Assembly (NCBI GenBank): GCA_014859305.1
Contig: JACUUM010000003.1
Span: 550 to 64,549 of the forward strand
Source of the DNA: Coriobacteriia bacterium
GTDB lineage: Bacteria; Actinomycetota; Coriobacteriia; Anaerosomatales; Kmv31
Direction: 5' to 3'
DNA length: 64,000 bases
Positions 48,425 to 56,884 of the stretch are shown here, piece by piece; the stretch's first letter is position 1, and every line of letters starts with the position of its first letter. The notes under the pieces were generated by a model, which was not told the DNA's origin, searched no databases, and saw only the letters and a list, made by a program, of their open reading frames with translations. Position numbers and translations under genes: made by a program.

Positions 48425-48874
48425 CTACTTCTTGCCCGCACGGACGTCGACGATGACCACGTCGGTCATGGCCGAAGCGTATTCGTCGTCGCCCATGAAG
48501 TAGGCACGGTAGCAGGTCAGCGCCGTCGGGAAGTCCTTGACGGCGAAGCCCCCGTCCTCGTTGGTGACGACCGTCGCGAACGTGCTCCACTCCACGCCGT
48601 CGCCGGATGACTCGATGACGACCTCACGTCCGGCCACGTCCACGGGTTCGGGATCGCACGTCGTCTCGACCGAAGGGCTCGCCTCGCAAGACACCGGTGC
48701 GCGGAGCGTTCCGTGCACCACGAGCGGCTTGTCCAGGTCCGCCACCTTGCGGTTGGCTGCCAGGATGAGCTCCGTCTCCGACGGCGTCCCCGGGCCGTCC
48801 ACCGCGACCGCCACGCTCGCGGTCAGTGCTACGACCAGTGCCAGGATCCATACTGCGAATAGGGTTCGTCTCAT
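48425..48874 (-). CDS. hypothetical secreted protein (Ig-like / carboxypeptidase-regulatory-like beta-sandwich?)
   Basis: Signal peptide MRRTLFAVWILALVVALTASVAVA. GGAGG lies 4 nt upstream of the ATG. Confidence 0.6.
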   Translation of the reverse strand: MRRTLFAVWILALVVALTASVAVAVDGPGTPSETELILAANRKVADLDKPLVVHGTLRAPVSCEASPSVETTCDPEPVDVAGREVVIESSGDGVEWSTFATVVTNEDGGFAVKDFPTALTCYRAYFMGDDEYASAMTDVVIVDVRAGKK

Positions 48875-49007
48875 GTTGCCTCCTCGACTGTCTCTAGGCG
48901 GGGGAAGGACATACCTACGTCATCGGCAACCCCGGGCTTCGCGATGAGGCATGGTCGCTCGCCGCCGTCCTCCCTGAGGGCACGGCGCGCGCATGACGCG
49001 CCCGCTC

Positions 49008-49403
49008 TCAGGCGGGGCGTCCCGGGCCCACCGCCCCCCGTCCGCGCACCGCTCCGCGCACGAACGCCCCCAGCGCCGCCCCGCCTGCCGCGCCTCCGAC
49101 CACGGCCGCGACGACCAGGGCGTGGTAGAGCAGCCGCTGGTACTCGCCGATGGTGAACAGCGCCACCATCAGCACACCGGGAGTCGCGAGCCACCATGCC
49201 CAACGAGGACCGGTAGAGGGGGCCGCGAGCCCGAAGCCCAGGCCGAGCAGCGCGAAGCCAACGAGCACGTAGACGAGCGCCCCGGCCATGTCCCTCGCGC
49301 CGAACACGTCGGAGAACACTGCGTTGAACGAGACGAAGAAACCCCAGACCACGCCGAGGAGCACGGCGAACACCCGTCCGGCGATGCGCTTGAGCCTGTC
49401 CAC
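49008..49403 (-). CDS. hypothetical 4-TM membrane protein
   Basis: GTG 49403 lies downstream of GGAGGAAGG. Four hydrophobic helices. Confidence 0.5.
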   Translation of the reverse strand: MDRLKRIAGRVFAVLLGVVWGFFVSFNAVFSDVFGARDMAGALVYVLVGFALLGLGFGLAAPSTGPRWAWWLATPGVLMVALFTIGEYQRLLYHALVVAAVVGGAAGGAALGAFVRGAVRGRGAVGPGRPA

Positions 49404-49539
49404 CCGACATCCTTCCTCCCGAAGCCGCCCCGCGCGGCCCGTGCCCGCCGAAAGACACGGTAGCAGGTCCGCGCCGCGGCCTCTCTCGAAAGACCGCGTG
49501 CGCGCAGGTGCGGTGGCGGCGCCACGGGCGCGTGCGCGC

Positions 49540-49568
49540 TTGCAAAAGTCCGCCGCTCGGAATAGAAG
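49540..49568 (+). promoter_or_regulatory. candidate sigma-70 promoter of the S8 protease gene
   Basis: TTGCAA (49540..49545), 17 nt, TAGAAG (49563..49568), followed by a polypurine tract. Confidence 0.35.
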
Positions 49569-49631
49569 GAAGAAGAAGGTGAGACGAGCCGCGGCCTGCA
49601 CGAGCGTGGCCTATGTCACGGGAGGTCCAAG

Positions 49632-50843
49632 ATGACGCGCAAAGGGATACGATCGGCCGTGCTGGCTCTGGCTCTGGCGGCCGTCGTGCTCGCAGCCGCG
49701 GTACCCGTGTCCGCCGCGCCCTCGGCGGGCGGCTCGCGCAAGATCGTCGTGTTCCGCTCCGGAGAGGTCGAGGGCGGAGCGCTGCAGCGGATAGAGCGGC
49801 TCGGGGGCGTGCGGCTGAAGTCCCTCCCGATGATCGGCGCCGCCGCGGTGTGGCTGCCGGACGCCGCCGCCGGGCGCGCCGTGGGGCGCCTGGCGGAGGT
49901 CGAGCGCGTCGAGGACGACATCGTGCTGCATGCGCTCGCCAAGCCTGAAGTCAAGCCGTCGAAGCCGGGCAAGCCGCAACCCGCCCAGACGCTGCCGTGG
50001 GGCGTGGACCGGATCGAGGCGGATCTGGCGTGGGCCACCTCCACGGCCGACCCGGTCAAGCTGGCCGTGGTAGACACCGGCATCGACCCCTCCCACCCGG
50101 ACCTGGTGGACAACCTCAAGGGGGGCGTCAGCACGGTGGCCTACACGTCGAAGTACCGTGACGACAACGGTCACGGCTCGCACGTCGCGGGAATCGCCGG
50201 CGCCGTGGACAACGGCGTGGGCGTCGTGGGCGTCGGGCATGCCGTCGACCTGTACGCGGTCAAGGTGCTGGACCGCAACGGCAGCGGCTACCTCTCGGAC
50301 GTCATCGAGGGCTTGCAGTGGTCGGCGGCGAACGGCATGCAGGTCGCGAACATGAGCCTGGGCACTTCGACCTACAGCGCCTCGTTCGCGTCCGCGGTGA
50401 AGGCGGCCCATGACGCCGGCGTCGTGCTCGTGGCGGCGGCGGGCAACTCGGGGCCGGGCGCCGACACCGTCAGCTACCCCGCGCGTTTCCCCGAGGTCAT
50501 CGCCGTCAGCGCGACGACCTCCTCGGACGCGCTCGCCTCCTACAGCAGCACCGGTCCGTCCGTGGAGCTCGCCGCGCCGGGCTCGAGCATCTACTCCACC
50601 TACAAGGGCTCGACCTACAAGACGCTGAGCGGCACGTCCATGGCCTCGCCACACGTCGCCGGTACCGTCGCGCTGCTGCTCGACACCCCGGTCGCAGGTC
50701 ACGATGCGAACGGGAACGGCCGCTGGGACCTCGCCGAGGTGCGCGCGAAGCTGCGTGCCGCGGCGGAGGACCTCGGTCCGGCCGGGTGGGACGCGGGCTT
50801 CGGATACGGACTCGTGCGCGCGGATCGAGCCGTCGCGCCCTAG
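49632..50843 (+). CDS. secreted S8-family (subtilisin-like) serine peptidase with an I9 propeptide
   Basis: Signal peptide. Catalytic D (VAVVDTGID), H (HGSHVAG) and S (GTSMASPHVAG). GGAGG lies 6 nt upstream. Confidence 0.9.
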   Translation: MTRKGIRSAVLALALAAVVLAAAVPVSAAPSAGGSRKIVVFRSGEVEGGALQRIERLGGVRLKSLPMIGAAAVWLPDAAAGRAVGRLAEVERVEDDIVLHALAKPEVKPSKPGKPQPAQTLPWGVDRIEADLAWATSTADPVKLAVVDTGIDPSHPDLVDNLKGGVSTVAYTSKYRDDNGHGSHVAGIAGAVDNGVGVVGVGHAVDLYAVKVLDRNGSGYLSDVIEGLQWSAANGMQVANMSLGTSTYSASFASAVKAAHDAGVVLVAAAGNSGPGADTVSYPARFPEVIAVSATTSSDALASYSSTGPSVELAAPGSSIYSTYKGSTYKTLSGTSMASPHVAGTVALLLDTPVAGHDANGNGRWDLAEVRAKLRAAAEDLGPAGWDAGFGYGLVRADRAVAP

Positions 50844-50905
50844 GGCGCCGTGGAACCTTCCGCGCCCTTCCCGCATCTCCTAGTGTGGACGGGAAGGAGG
50901 TCGGC

Positions 50906-51435
50906 GTGGAGGAGCACGAGTTCGTCGAGCGTGCCCGGCGAGGCGACGGAGCGGCGTTCGAGGTGCTGGTGCGGGCGCACGAGGGTCCATGTACGCGACC
51001 GCGTACGGGGTCCTGCGGTCGGGCTGGGATGCGTCGGACGCGGTGCAGGACGCCCTCGCCGAGGCGTATGCGAAGATCGGAGGACTGCGCGATCCGCGGG
51101 CGTTCCCCGCGTGGCTCTCGCGCATCCTGGTCAACAAGTGCAACACCATCCTGCGCAAGAGGCGGCGGCTGGTGGTGACCGCCGCGCCGCCGGAGTCCGA
51201 AGCGTTCACCTACGTGGGACGCGAGGACGGGCTCGACCTCATGGCGGCGGTCCACGGGTTGGACGCGGACCATCGCGAGGTCGTCGCGCTGCGGTACTTC
51301 CGGGACCTCACGCTCGCCGAGATCGCGAACACGCTGGGGTGCCCGGTGGGCACCGTGAAGTCCCGCCTCAACCGTGCGCTCGGCAAGCTGGGCGCGGCGC
51401 TGGGCACCGACGACCGAGCGGAGGTGGCGCAATGA
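50906..51435 (+). pseudogene. ECF-type sigma-70 factor interrupted by a one-base frame change near 50989
   Basis: GTG 50906 lies 5 nt after GGGAAGGAGG and encodes VEEHEFVERARRGDGAAFEVLVRAHEGP. The rest (MYATAYGVLRSGWDASDAVQDA...region 4 LTLAEIANTLGCPVGTVKSRL) is in the -1 frame, ORF 50989..51435. Confidence 0.6.
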
Positions 51436-52262
51436 GCGCGAAGAACGCGAGCATCGACTGCGAGGCCTGCCGCGAGAGCCTCGAGAGCTACATCGGCGGT
51501 GACCTCGAGGCCGCGCGAGCGCGCGAGGTGGCCGAACACCTCGCCGTCTGCGAGGCGTGCGCGGCGTCCTACGAGTCCACTCGGCGGGTCGTGGCCGGAC
51601 TGACCGACCTGGGAGGGTCCTTCGTGCCCAGGCGGCGCTTCGAGGTGCCCCAGGGGCGGGCGTCCCATGTCGGATCCGGCGTCGGGCGGGGCTGGAGGGT
51701 CGCTGCCGCCGCCGGCGTCGCCGCCGCGCTGCTGACCGCGACGGCAGCCTCCGTGCCCGCCGTCGCCGAGCAGCTCCCGCTGCCCGTGGGCCGGCAGCTC
51801 GCCGAGCTGCGCGAGGACCGCGCCGAGCTCGAAGCCGAGACCGAGCGCCTCGCCGAGGAGGTCGAGCGCCTCGAGATCGAGCTGCGCGAGATCGAGGGCG
51901 AGCGGATGCCGCAGGTCAACACGGCCGAGCCGGCTCTGCCGCCCGAGGTCAACGACGCGGTGCAGGGACTCGTGGTGCGCTTCGTCCGGGCCCAGTACGA
52001 GCGGGACGCCTCGGCGCTGCGCGCGATGGCGACGGAGCGCCTGCGAGCCGAGATCGACAGGCGCCCGGGCGACTACCTCAAGGAGGGCGCCACGGTGACC
52101 TTCGCGCAGACCACCGACGTCAGCCTCGCCCAGGACGGCACGTACCTTGTGTTCGTGCGCCTGTCCGACGCCGAGTTCCACGACTCGCAGTACCAGGAGA
52201 ACTTCACCGTCATCAAGGCCGGGGACGCCTACCTCGTCGACAGTGTCGAGATGGACGCGTAG
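51432..52262 (+). CDS. zf-HC2 anti-sigma factor (single TM, coiled coil, extracytoplasmic domain)
   Basis: ATG overlaps the sigma stop (ATGA). CEACRESL...HLAVCEAC and TM VAAAAGVAAALLTATAA. Confidence 0.75.
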   Translation: MSAKNASIDCEACRESLESYIGGDLEAARAREVAEHLAVCEACAASYESTRRVVAGLTDLGGSFVPRRRFEVPQGRASHVGSGVGRGWRVAAAAGVAAALLTATAASVPAVAEQLPLPVGRQLAELREDRAELEAETERLAEEVERLEIELREIEGERMPQVNTAEPALPPEVNDAVQGLVVRFVRAQYERDASALRAMATERLRAEIDRRPGDYLKEGATVTFAQTTDVSLAQDGTYLVFVRLSDAEFHDSQYQENFTVIKAGDAYLVDSVEMDA

Positions 52263-52321
52263 AGCGGCGGTGGCCGTGATCGCCGGCGGACGTGGCGGCG
52301 GGCGAACGGCTCGCAGCCCCC

Positions 52322-52384
52322 GCTCCGCCCGGTGTCGGGGACGCTCCGTCGCCCCCTCGGTGCTCGGGAGCTCCGCCCGGTGTC
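52322..52384. repeat. 15-nt perfect direct repeat GCTCCGCCCGGTGTC x2 (48-nt period) in a convergent spacer
   Basis: Read directly: 52322..52336 and 52370..52384 are identical. A partial copy (GCTCCG) lies at 52343. Confidence 0.9.
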
Positions 52385-52399
52385 CGCGCTCAGTCTCTG

Positions 52400-53170
52400 T
52401 CAGCGCATCCGCACGCCCGCGGGCTGCGGCGCCTGGCGCCTCTCGACGATCCTCTTCAGGCTGCGGAGCTCCTCGGCGACGGTGTTGCTGGTGACGCCCC
52501 TCAAAGCGCGGGCGGCCAGGGTCCCCGTCGGCGTCGTCGGGAAATCGTACGCGATCTCCAGCACTACCTCGGTGCCGTCCCCGACGGGCTCGAAGCGGAC
52601 CGTGCCGGTCTCCTCGAAGGGCTCCTCGGGGGCGGAGCGCCACGAGATCAGGCGGCCGGGCTCGTCGTCGACGAGCAAGGCGTCCCACTCCATGCGCACC
52701 CCCGTCGCCACGCGCGCGACCCAGTGGACCCGGCCGTCCGCGTCCTCACGCACGTCGTGCGTGTGGTGCATGAACCGCGGCAGGTTCTCGAGCTTGCGGA
52801 AGAACGCGTAGACCTCCTGCGGGCTCGCTTCGACCCGGACGCGCTCGACGATGCGCACGCCGCCGGTCCTCGTCTCGATCCTCGCGCGGCCGGGCTTGGC
52901 CGTCATCATGCTCACCGCGCGCGTCCCGAGATAGGCGGCCGGCGCGAACGCGAGCGCCTTGCCCCACCACGTCCTGCGCGTCGCGCCCAGGACCGTCAGC
53001 GCCACGCCGCCGAGAGCCGCCGCCGCCGCTCCGAACCGCCCGCGCGCGAGGCTCTCGACTCCTGCGGGCTCCCGCCTCCCGGCCGATGCCCTGCCGCGCA
53101 TACCGCCGCGCATACCGCGGGGCATGCCCGTGCCCGAGGAGCGTCCCTCATGCCCCATCCACTGCCCCAT
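52400..53170 (-). CDS. SRPBCC (cyclase/dehydrase-like) protein with an N-terminal Gly/Arg/Met-rich tail and TM segments
   Basis: VEASPQEVYAFFRKLENLPRFMHH...W...ISWRS...G.VRFEP. GGAGG lies 7 nt upstream of ATG 53170. Confidence 0.7.
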   Translation of the reverse strand: MGQWMGHEGRSSGTGMPRGMRGGMRGRASAGRREPAGVESLARGRFGAAAAALGGVALTVLGATRRTWWGKALAFAPAAYLGTRAVSMMTAKPGRARIETRTGGVRIVERVRVEASPQEVYAFFRKLENLPRFMHHTHDVREDADGRVHWVARVATGVRMEWDALLVDDEPGRLISWRSAPEEPFEETGTVRFEPVGDGTEVVLEIAYDFPTTPTGTLAARALRGVTSNTVAEELRSLKRIVERRQAPQPAGVRMR

Positions 53171-53275
53171 GGCGAACCCTCCGTCCGGTCGTTCCCGGTC
53201 CGTCGGCCGGTTCCTTCCCAGGCGGAGGCGGATGCACGCCCTCCGGGACTGAGTTCCCTCGCCGGCCTCGCGTGT

Positions 53276-54370
53276 TCAGGCTCGGGTCGCAGCCGAGGCG
53301 GACGCCGGGGCGCGCCGCCGCCGTCGCAGCATCTCGCAGAACGCCTCCACGCGGGTGCGCGTGCCCGTCTCCGAGGTGTGCACGTCGTACGAGAGCGACA
53401 TCACGGGGAAACCGTTCTCGCGGGCGAGCCGGTGCAGCGCCGGCGCCGCGTTGACCTCGGGCATGCACCCGAACGGACGCACGTGCACCACTCCGTCGAA
53501 GCCGTCGCGCATGTACGCGAGCGTGTGCGCGATGCTCTTGGTGCCGTCCACGCCGATGTCGTGGGTGAGGTACGGCGCCGCCGAGGCCACCAGGTCGCGC
53601 ATGTAGCGCTTCCCGCCGTACACCGCTTCGAACACCCCGGAGACGCTCACGCGCCGGTGCACCTCTACGCCTTCCGCTGCCAGCAGGCGCTCCAGCGAGT
53701 GGTTCGAGAACGGTTCCACGGCCACGTAGAACTCGCCGACGACCCCCACGCGCAGCGGCCGTTCGGGCCGCCTCAACTCGGCCGCGGCCAGCCGCGCGAG
53801 ACCGGTGCGCCCGGTCTCCTCGGCCGCCTCCGGAGTCGGCGCGCTGTCCAGCTCGCGCAGGAAGTCCCTGAAGGCGCCCTCGTAGGCCGCGGGGTCGGCG
53901 GCGAAGGCGGAGTCGCGGCGCACCACCGCCTCCATCGCGTCGAGGACCTCGACCTTCTTTGCGGCCAGCGCGAAGGCGCGCGAGACGGAGCGGAAGGAGT
54001 TGCGCGGGTTCAGCCGCTTGAACTCGCGCATGAGCTTCCGAAGGCTCGTGCTGTGGTTCGACAGCGCCATGAACCCGAAGTCGTAGCCCAGGTCGCGAAG
54101 GATCGCTTCCTGCACCTCCCCGTAGAAGCCCAGCCGGCACCCTCCACCGGCCTGCACGATCACCTCGGCGCCGGCCTCCAGCGCCTCGATGAAGCAGCCC
54201 AGCGTGTACTTGAACGGGACGCAAGCGGCCTCGGGGCTGTGAGCCGCTCCGAGCTCCAGCGTGCGGCGGGTCATCGGCGGCGGCAGCACGACCTCGCCGA
54301 GCAACTCGCCGACGGGGCGGAACGCCACGGCGTACTCGCCGAGGTGCGGGAAGGAGACGACGGGGCTCAC
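53276..54370 (-). CDS. acyl-CoA dehydratase activase-related protein (DUF2229/HGD-D-like), subunit 2
   Basis: GTG 54370 overlaps the upstream stop. EAACVPFKYTLGCF, QAGGGCRLGFYG and HVRPFGCMPE. Confidence 0.75.
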   Translation of the reverse strand: MSPVVSFPHLGEYAVAFRPVGELLGEVVLPPPMTRRTLELGAAHSPEAACVPFKYTLGCFIEALEAGAEVIVQAGGGCRLGFYGEVQEAILRDLGYDFGFMALSNHSTSLRKLMREFKRLNPRNSFRSVSRAFALAAKKVEVLDAMEAVVRRDSAFAADPAAYEGAFRDFLRELDSAPTPEAAEETGRTGLARLAAAELRRPERPLRVGVVGEFYVAVEPFSNHSLERLLAAEGVEVHRRVSVSGVFEAVYGGKRYMRDLVASAAPYLTHDIGVDGTKSIAHTLAYMRDGFDGVVHVRPFGCMPEVNAAPALHRLARENGFPVMSLSYDVHTSETGTRTRVEAFCEMLRRRRRAPASASAATRA

Positions 54371-55332
54371 GCCGGCGCGGCTTTGAGAGCGGCGTGCGTG
54401 CGCACGACGTCGGCGAAGCACTCTATGCGGGTCCGCAAGCCCGCGTCGGCGGCGTGCTCGTCCAGAACGATCGAGGTCAGCGGCACGTCCCGGATGCGCA
54501 GCCGGCACAGCTCGGTGACGAGCGAGTCGGGCCCGCACGGGAAGCTCACGAGGAACAGGATGCCGTCGATGGCCCTCAGTGCCCGCTCCACGCTGCCGAG
54601 GAGCTCGCGGCTGTACGTCCAGTAGACGTCGCGGGCCAGTCGCGGCCGGCCCCCGCGGCGCCCGATGCCCAGCGCCTCGGCTGAGACGACACGCAGCCCC
54701 TCCGCGGCGAGCATCCGCGCGACGGGCGCCCCGACGTGCTCGTCGGCGAGGTTGTAGCCGTGGGCGACCACGAGCACGCCCGGCCGTCCGTCCCGCGCGC
54801 GCAGACGCTCGAGCTCGGCGCGGGCCTCGGCCCTCTCGTGTGCCCGCTGCCGCCCCCGTGCCCGCTCGCAGGCGAGCGCGGCGCGCAGGGGGGAGGCGCC
54901 CAGCGCCTCTCCGAGCGCGCGCAGGCCGGCGCGCTCGCCGCAGCCGTTGCGCACGTCCACGGTGTAGGTGAGCAGCGACGCTGCCGGGAAGACGTTCGCG
55001 GCGATGTCGTACGCCCCGAGGAACTTCGCGCAGTTCTCTTCGCGCTTGCCCAGCGAGACGATCCTCGGCAGGAGCACCGCGTCGCAGCGCGGCAGTAGCC
55101 ATGCCACGTGCCCGAGGTGGAGCTTGACCGGCAGGCACGCCTCATCCGGCGCGTGAGCGCAGCCCTCCTCGAGCAGCGGGGTGCTGCTCTCGGGGCTCAC
55201 GACCACCTCGTGCCCGATCTGCCGCAGGAAGCTCTCCCACAGCACGCCGTAGCGGTGGTAGAGCAGCGCTCGCGGCAGCCCGATCGTCTCCGGGCGCCTG
55301 ACCCGTCCGCCGGTTCGCTTCGATGCGTTCAA
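54367..55332 (-). CDS. acyl-CoA dehydratase activase-related protein (DUF2229-like), subunit 1
   Basis: IGLPRALLYHRYGVLWESFL, DEACLPVKLHLGHV and LVSFPCGPDS. TTG start lies 4 nt after GGAGG. Confidence 0.75.
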   Translation of the reverse strand: MNASKRTGGRVRRPETIGLPRALLYHRYGVLWESFLRQIGHEVVVSPESSTPLLEEGCAHAPDEACLPVKLHLGHVAWLLPRCDAVLLPRIVSLGKREENCAKFLGAYDIAANVFPAASLLTYTVDVRNGCGERAGLRALGEALGASPLRAALACERARGRQRAHERAEARAELERLRARDGRPGVLVVAHGYNLADEHVGAPVARMLAAEGLRVVSAEALGIGRRGGRPRLARDVYWTYSRELLGSVERALRAIDGILFLVSFPCGPDSLVTELCRLRIRDVPLTSIVLDEHAADAGLRTRIECFADVVRTHAALKAAPA

Positions 55333-55357
55333 GGGCCCTCCAGCCTCGTCCCCGCTC

Positions 55358-56884
55358 CTAGCTTACCCGACCCGTGCCGCCCGCTTGCGCCTCCGCGGCT
55401 CCCGGCACACCATGCGGCCCGCCCCGCTCGCCGAGGTCCGCTCCCTGCCGCAGGAGCTCGGCCTGCACGTCGCCGGCGTCTATCGAGCGCGGGGCCGCGC
55501 CTGCGCGCGCGGAGAGCGCCGCGCACACCCCTGCGGCCTGCCCGGTGGCCATGCACGCCGGCATGACGCGCGCGCTGGAGAGCGCCTCGTGTGTCGCCGA
55601 GATGCACCGCCCTGCCACGAGGACTCCGTCGATCCCGAGGGGGATCAGCGAGCGCAGAGGGATGTCGTAGGCCTGCCCGGGCGGCAGCTTGCGCAGGACG
55701 GTCCCGCGGCCCTCGGGGTTGTGGATGTCCATCGGGTAGGCGTTGCGCGCCACGACGTCCTCGAAGCGCCGAGCGCCCAGAACGTCCTCGGCGGTGAGGC
55801 GGTACTCGCCCACGACCCGCCGGGTCTCGCGGATGCCGACCTGCGCACCGCTGGTCACGACCCACGTCTCCTCGAAGCCCGGTACGTGCGCTCTCAGGAA
55901 GGCCGCGACCTCGCGCATCTGGCGGCGTCCCTCGATCTCCGCGCGCGTGAGGTCGAACGCATCGGCCCCGTTGACCCGCGGCACTCGCGTGGCGTTCACG
56001 GTCACCTCGCCGTCGCGCACGCTGGCGAACAGCAGGATGTCCTCGCGCGGCGCCTTGTACTCGCCGGCTTGGAACGCGTCGTAGATGAGGTCCCACAGGC
56101 CGTAGACGCCGAACCACTGGCCGGGGTTCTGCGCCACGTAGTCGGTGAAGGAGGCGTGATCGAAGCCGGCGAGCTGGAAGATGAGCGTGGCGGGCTGGGT
56201 GAGGCCGTCGTCCGTCCGCCCGATCTCGTAGGACGCCCCGGCCGCGGCGGCGACGTCCCCGTCACCCGTGCAGTCCACGACGGACTTCGCTCGCACCGCC
56301 AGGGGTCCGGACTTCGTCTCGAAGATCACGTCCCAGGCCCCGGCCGAGGAGCGTCCGGGCCCTCGGCCGGGCTCCCCGGTCTCGCCGGCCGGGGCCGGCT
56401 GCACGACCGTGGCGAGCGCGTGCAGCAGGAACTCGACGCCGGCCTCGTCGCACATCTCGAGCGCGACGAGCTTGAAGACCTCGGCGTCGAAGGGCACGAC
56501 CCAGCCGGTCCTCGGCGAAGGAGGGATCGCGCCTCCGGCGTCCACGAGCCGGCCGACGAACGCCTCGAGCGCACCGCGTATGACCGGCTCGCCCGGTCCG
56601 GTGTCGGTGGGGAACAGCGCGGAGGAGCCGGGCCGCGTCGGTCGCAGCTCCGAGGTGTGGTAGGAGGCGAGCGGCATCACGAGGGCGGCCGTCGCCCAGC
56701 CCCCCAGGAAGCCGTAGCGCTCGGTGAGCACCGTGCGCGCGCCAGCCTCCGCAGCGCCCAGAGCGGCGCCGAGGCCGGCCGGCCCGCCGCCGACCACCAG
56801 GACGTCGCACTCGCGCGCAAGCGTCGCCGACCGGGCCGGGAGGCTTACCTCGAGCGCACGCTCTGGACGGTGCAGCGGCGGCAT
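55358..56884 (-). CDS. FAD-dependent oxidoreductase (FAD_oxidored/GIDA-like family)
   Basis: DVLVVGGGPAGLGAALGAAEAGARTVLTE dinucleotide fold. The start shares 1 nt with the pyruvyl transferase stop (TGATG). Confidence 0.8.
   Translation of the reverse strand: MPPLHRPERALEVSLPARSATLARECDVLVVGGGPAGLGAALGAAEAGARTVLTERYGFLGGWATAALVMPLASYHTSELRPTRPGSSALFPTDTGPGEPVIRGALEAFVGRLVDAGGAIPPSPRTGWVVPFDAEVFKLVALEMCDEAGVEFLLHALATVVQPAPAGETGEPGRGPGRSSAGAWDVIFETKSGPLAVRAKSVVDCTGDGDVAAAAGASYEIGRTDDGLTQPATLIFQLAGFDHASFTDYVAQNPGQWFGVYGLWDLIYDAFQAGEYKAPREDILLFASVRDGEVTVNATRVPRVNGADAFDLTRAEIEGRRQMREVAAFLRAHVPGFEETWVVTSGAQVGIRETRRVVGEYRLTAEDVLGARRFEDVVARNAYPMDIHNPEGRGTVLRKLPPGQAYDIPLRSLIPLGIDGVLVAGRCISATHEALSSARVMPACMATGQAAGVCAALSARAGAAPRSIDAGDVQAELLRQGADLGERGGPHGVPGAAEAQAGGTGRVS

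Noticed and set aside
49563-49590. Polypurine tract (TAGAAGGAAGAAGAAGGTGAGACGAG) upstream of the S8 protease as a special element
   Set aside because: It is probably just the -10 region and an A/G-rich 5' UTR of the protease mRNA. There is no repeat partner or recognisable structure.
50984-50992. Programmed -1 ribosomal frameshift in the ECF sigma gene
   Set aside because: There is no X-XXY-YYZ slippery heptamer (the sequence is GAG GGT CCA TGT) and no obvious downstream stimulatory structure. An indel or a sequencing error is more parsimonious.
52292-54625. 777-aa + strand ORF, and the N-terminal 256 codons of the 620-aa minus ORF 53276..55138
   Set aside because: The + ORF is antisense to the SRPBCC and DUF2229-like genes. 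The long N-terminal extension of 53276..55138 overlaps the upstream gene out of frame and is Arg/Ala-rich. A GTG at 54370 with a GTGA overlap gives the sensible start.
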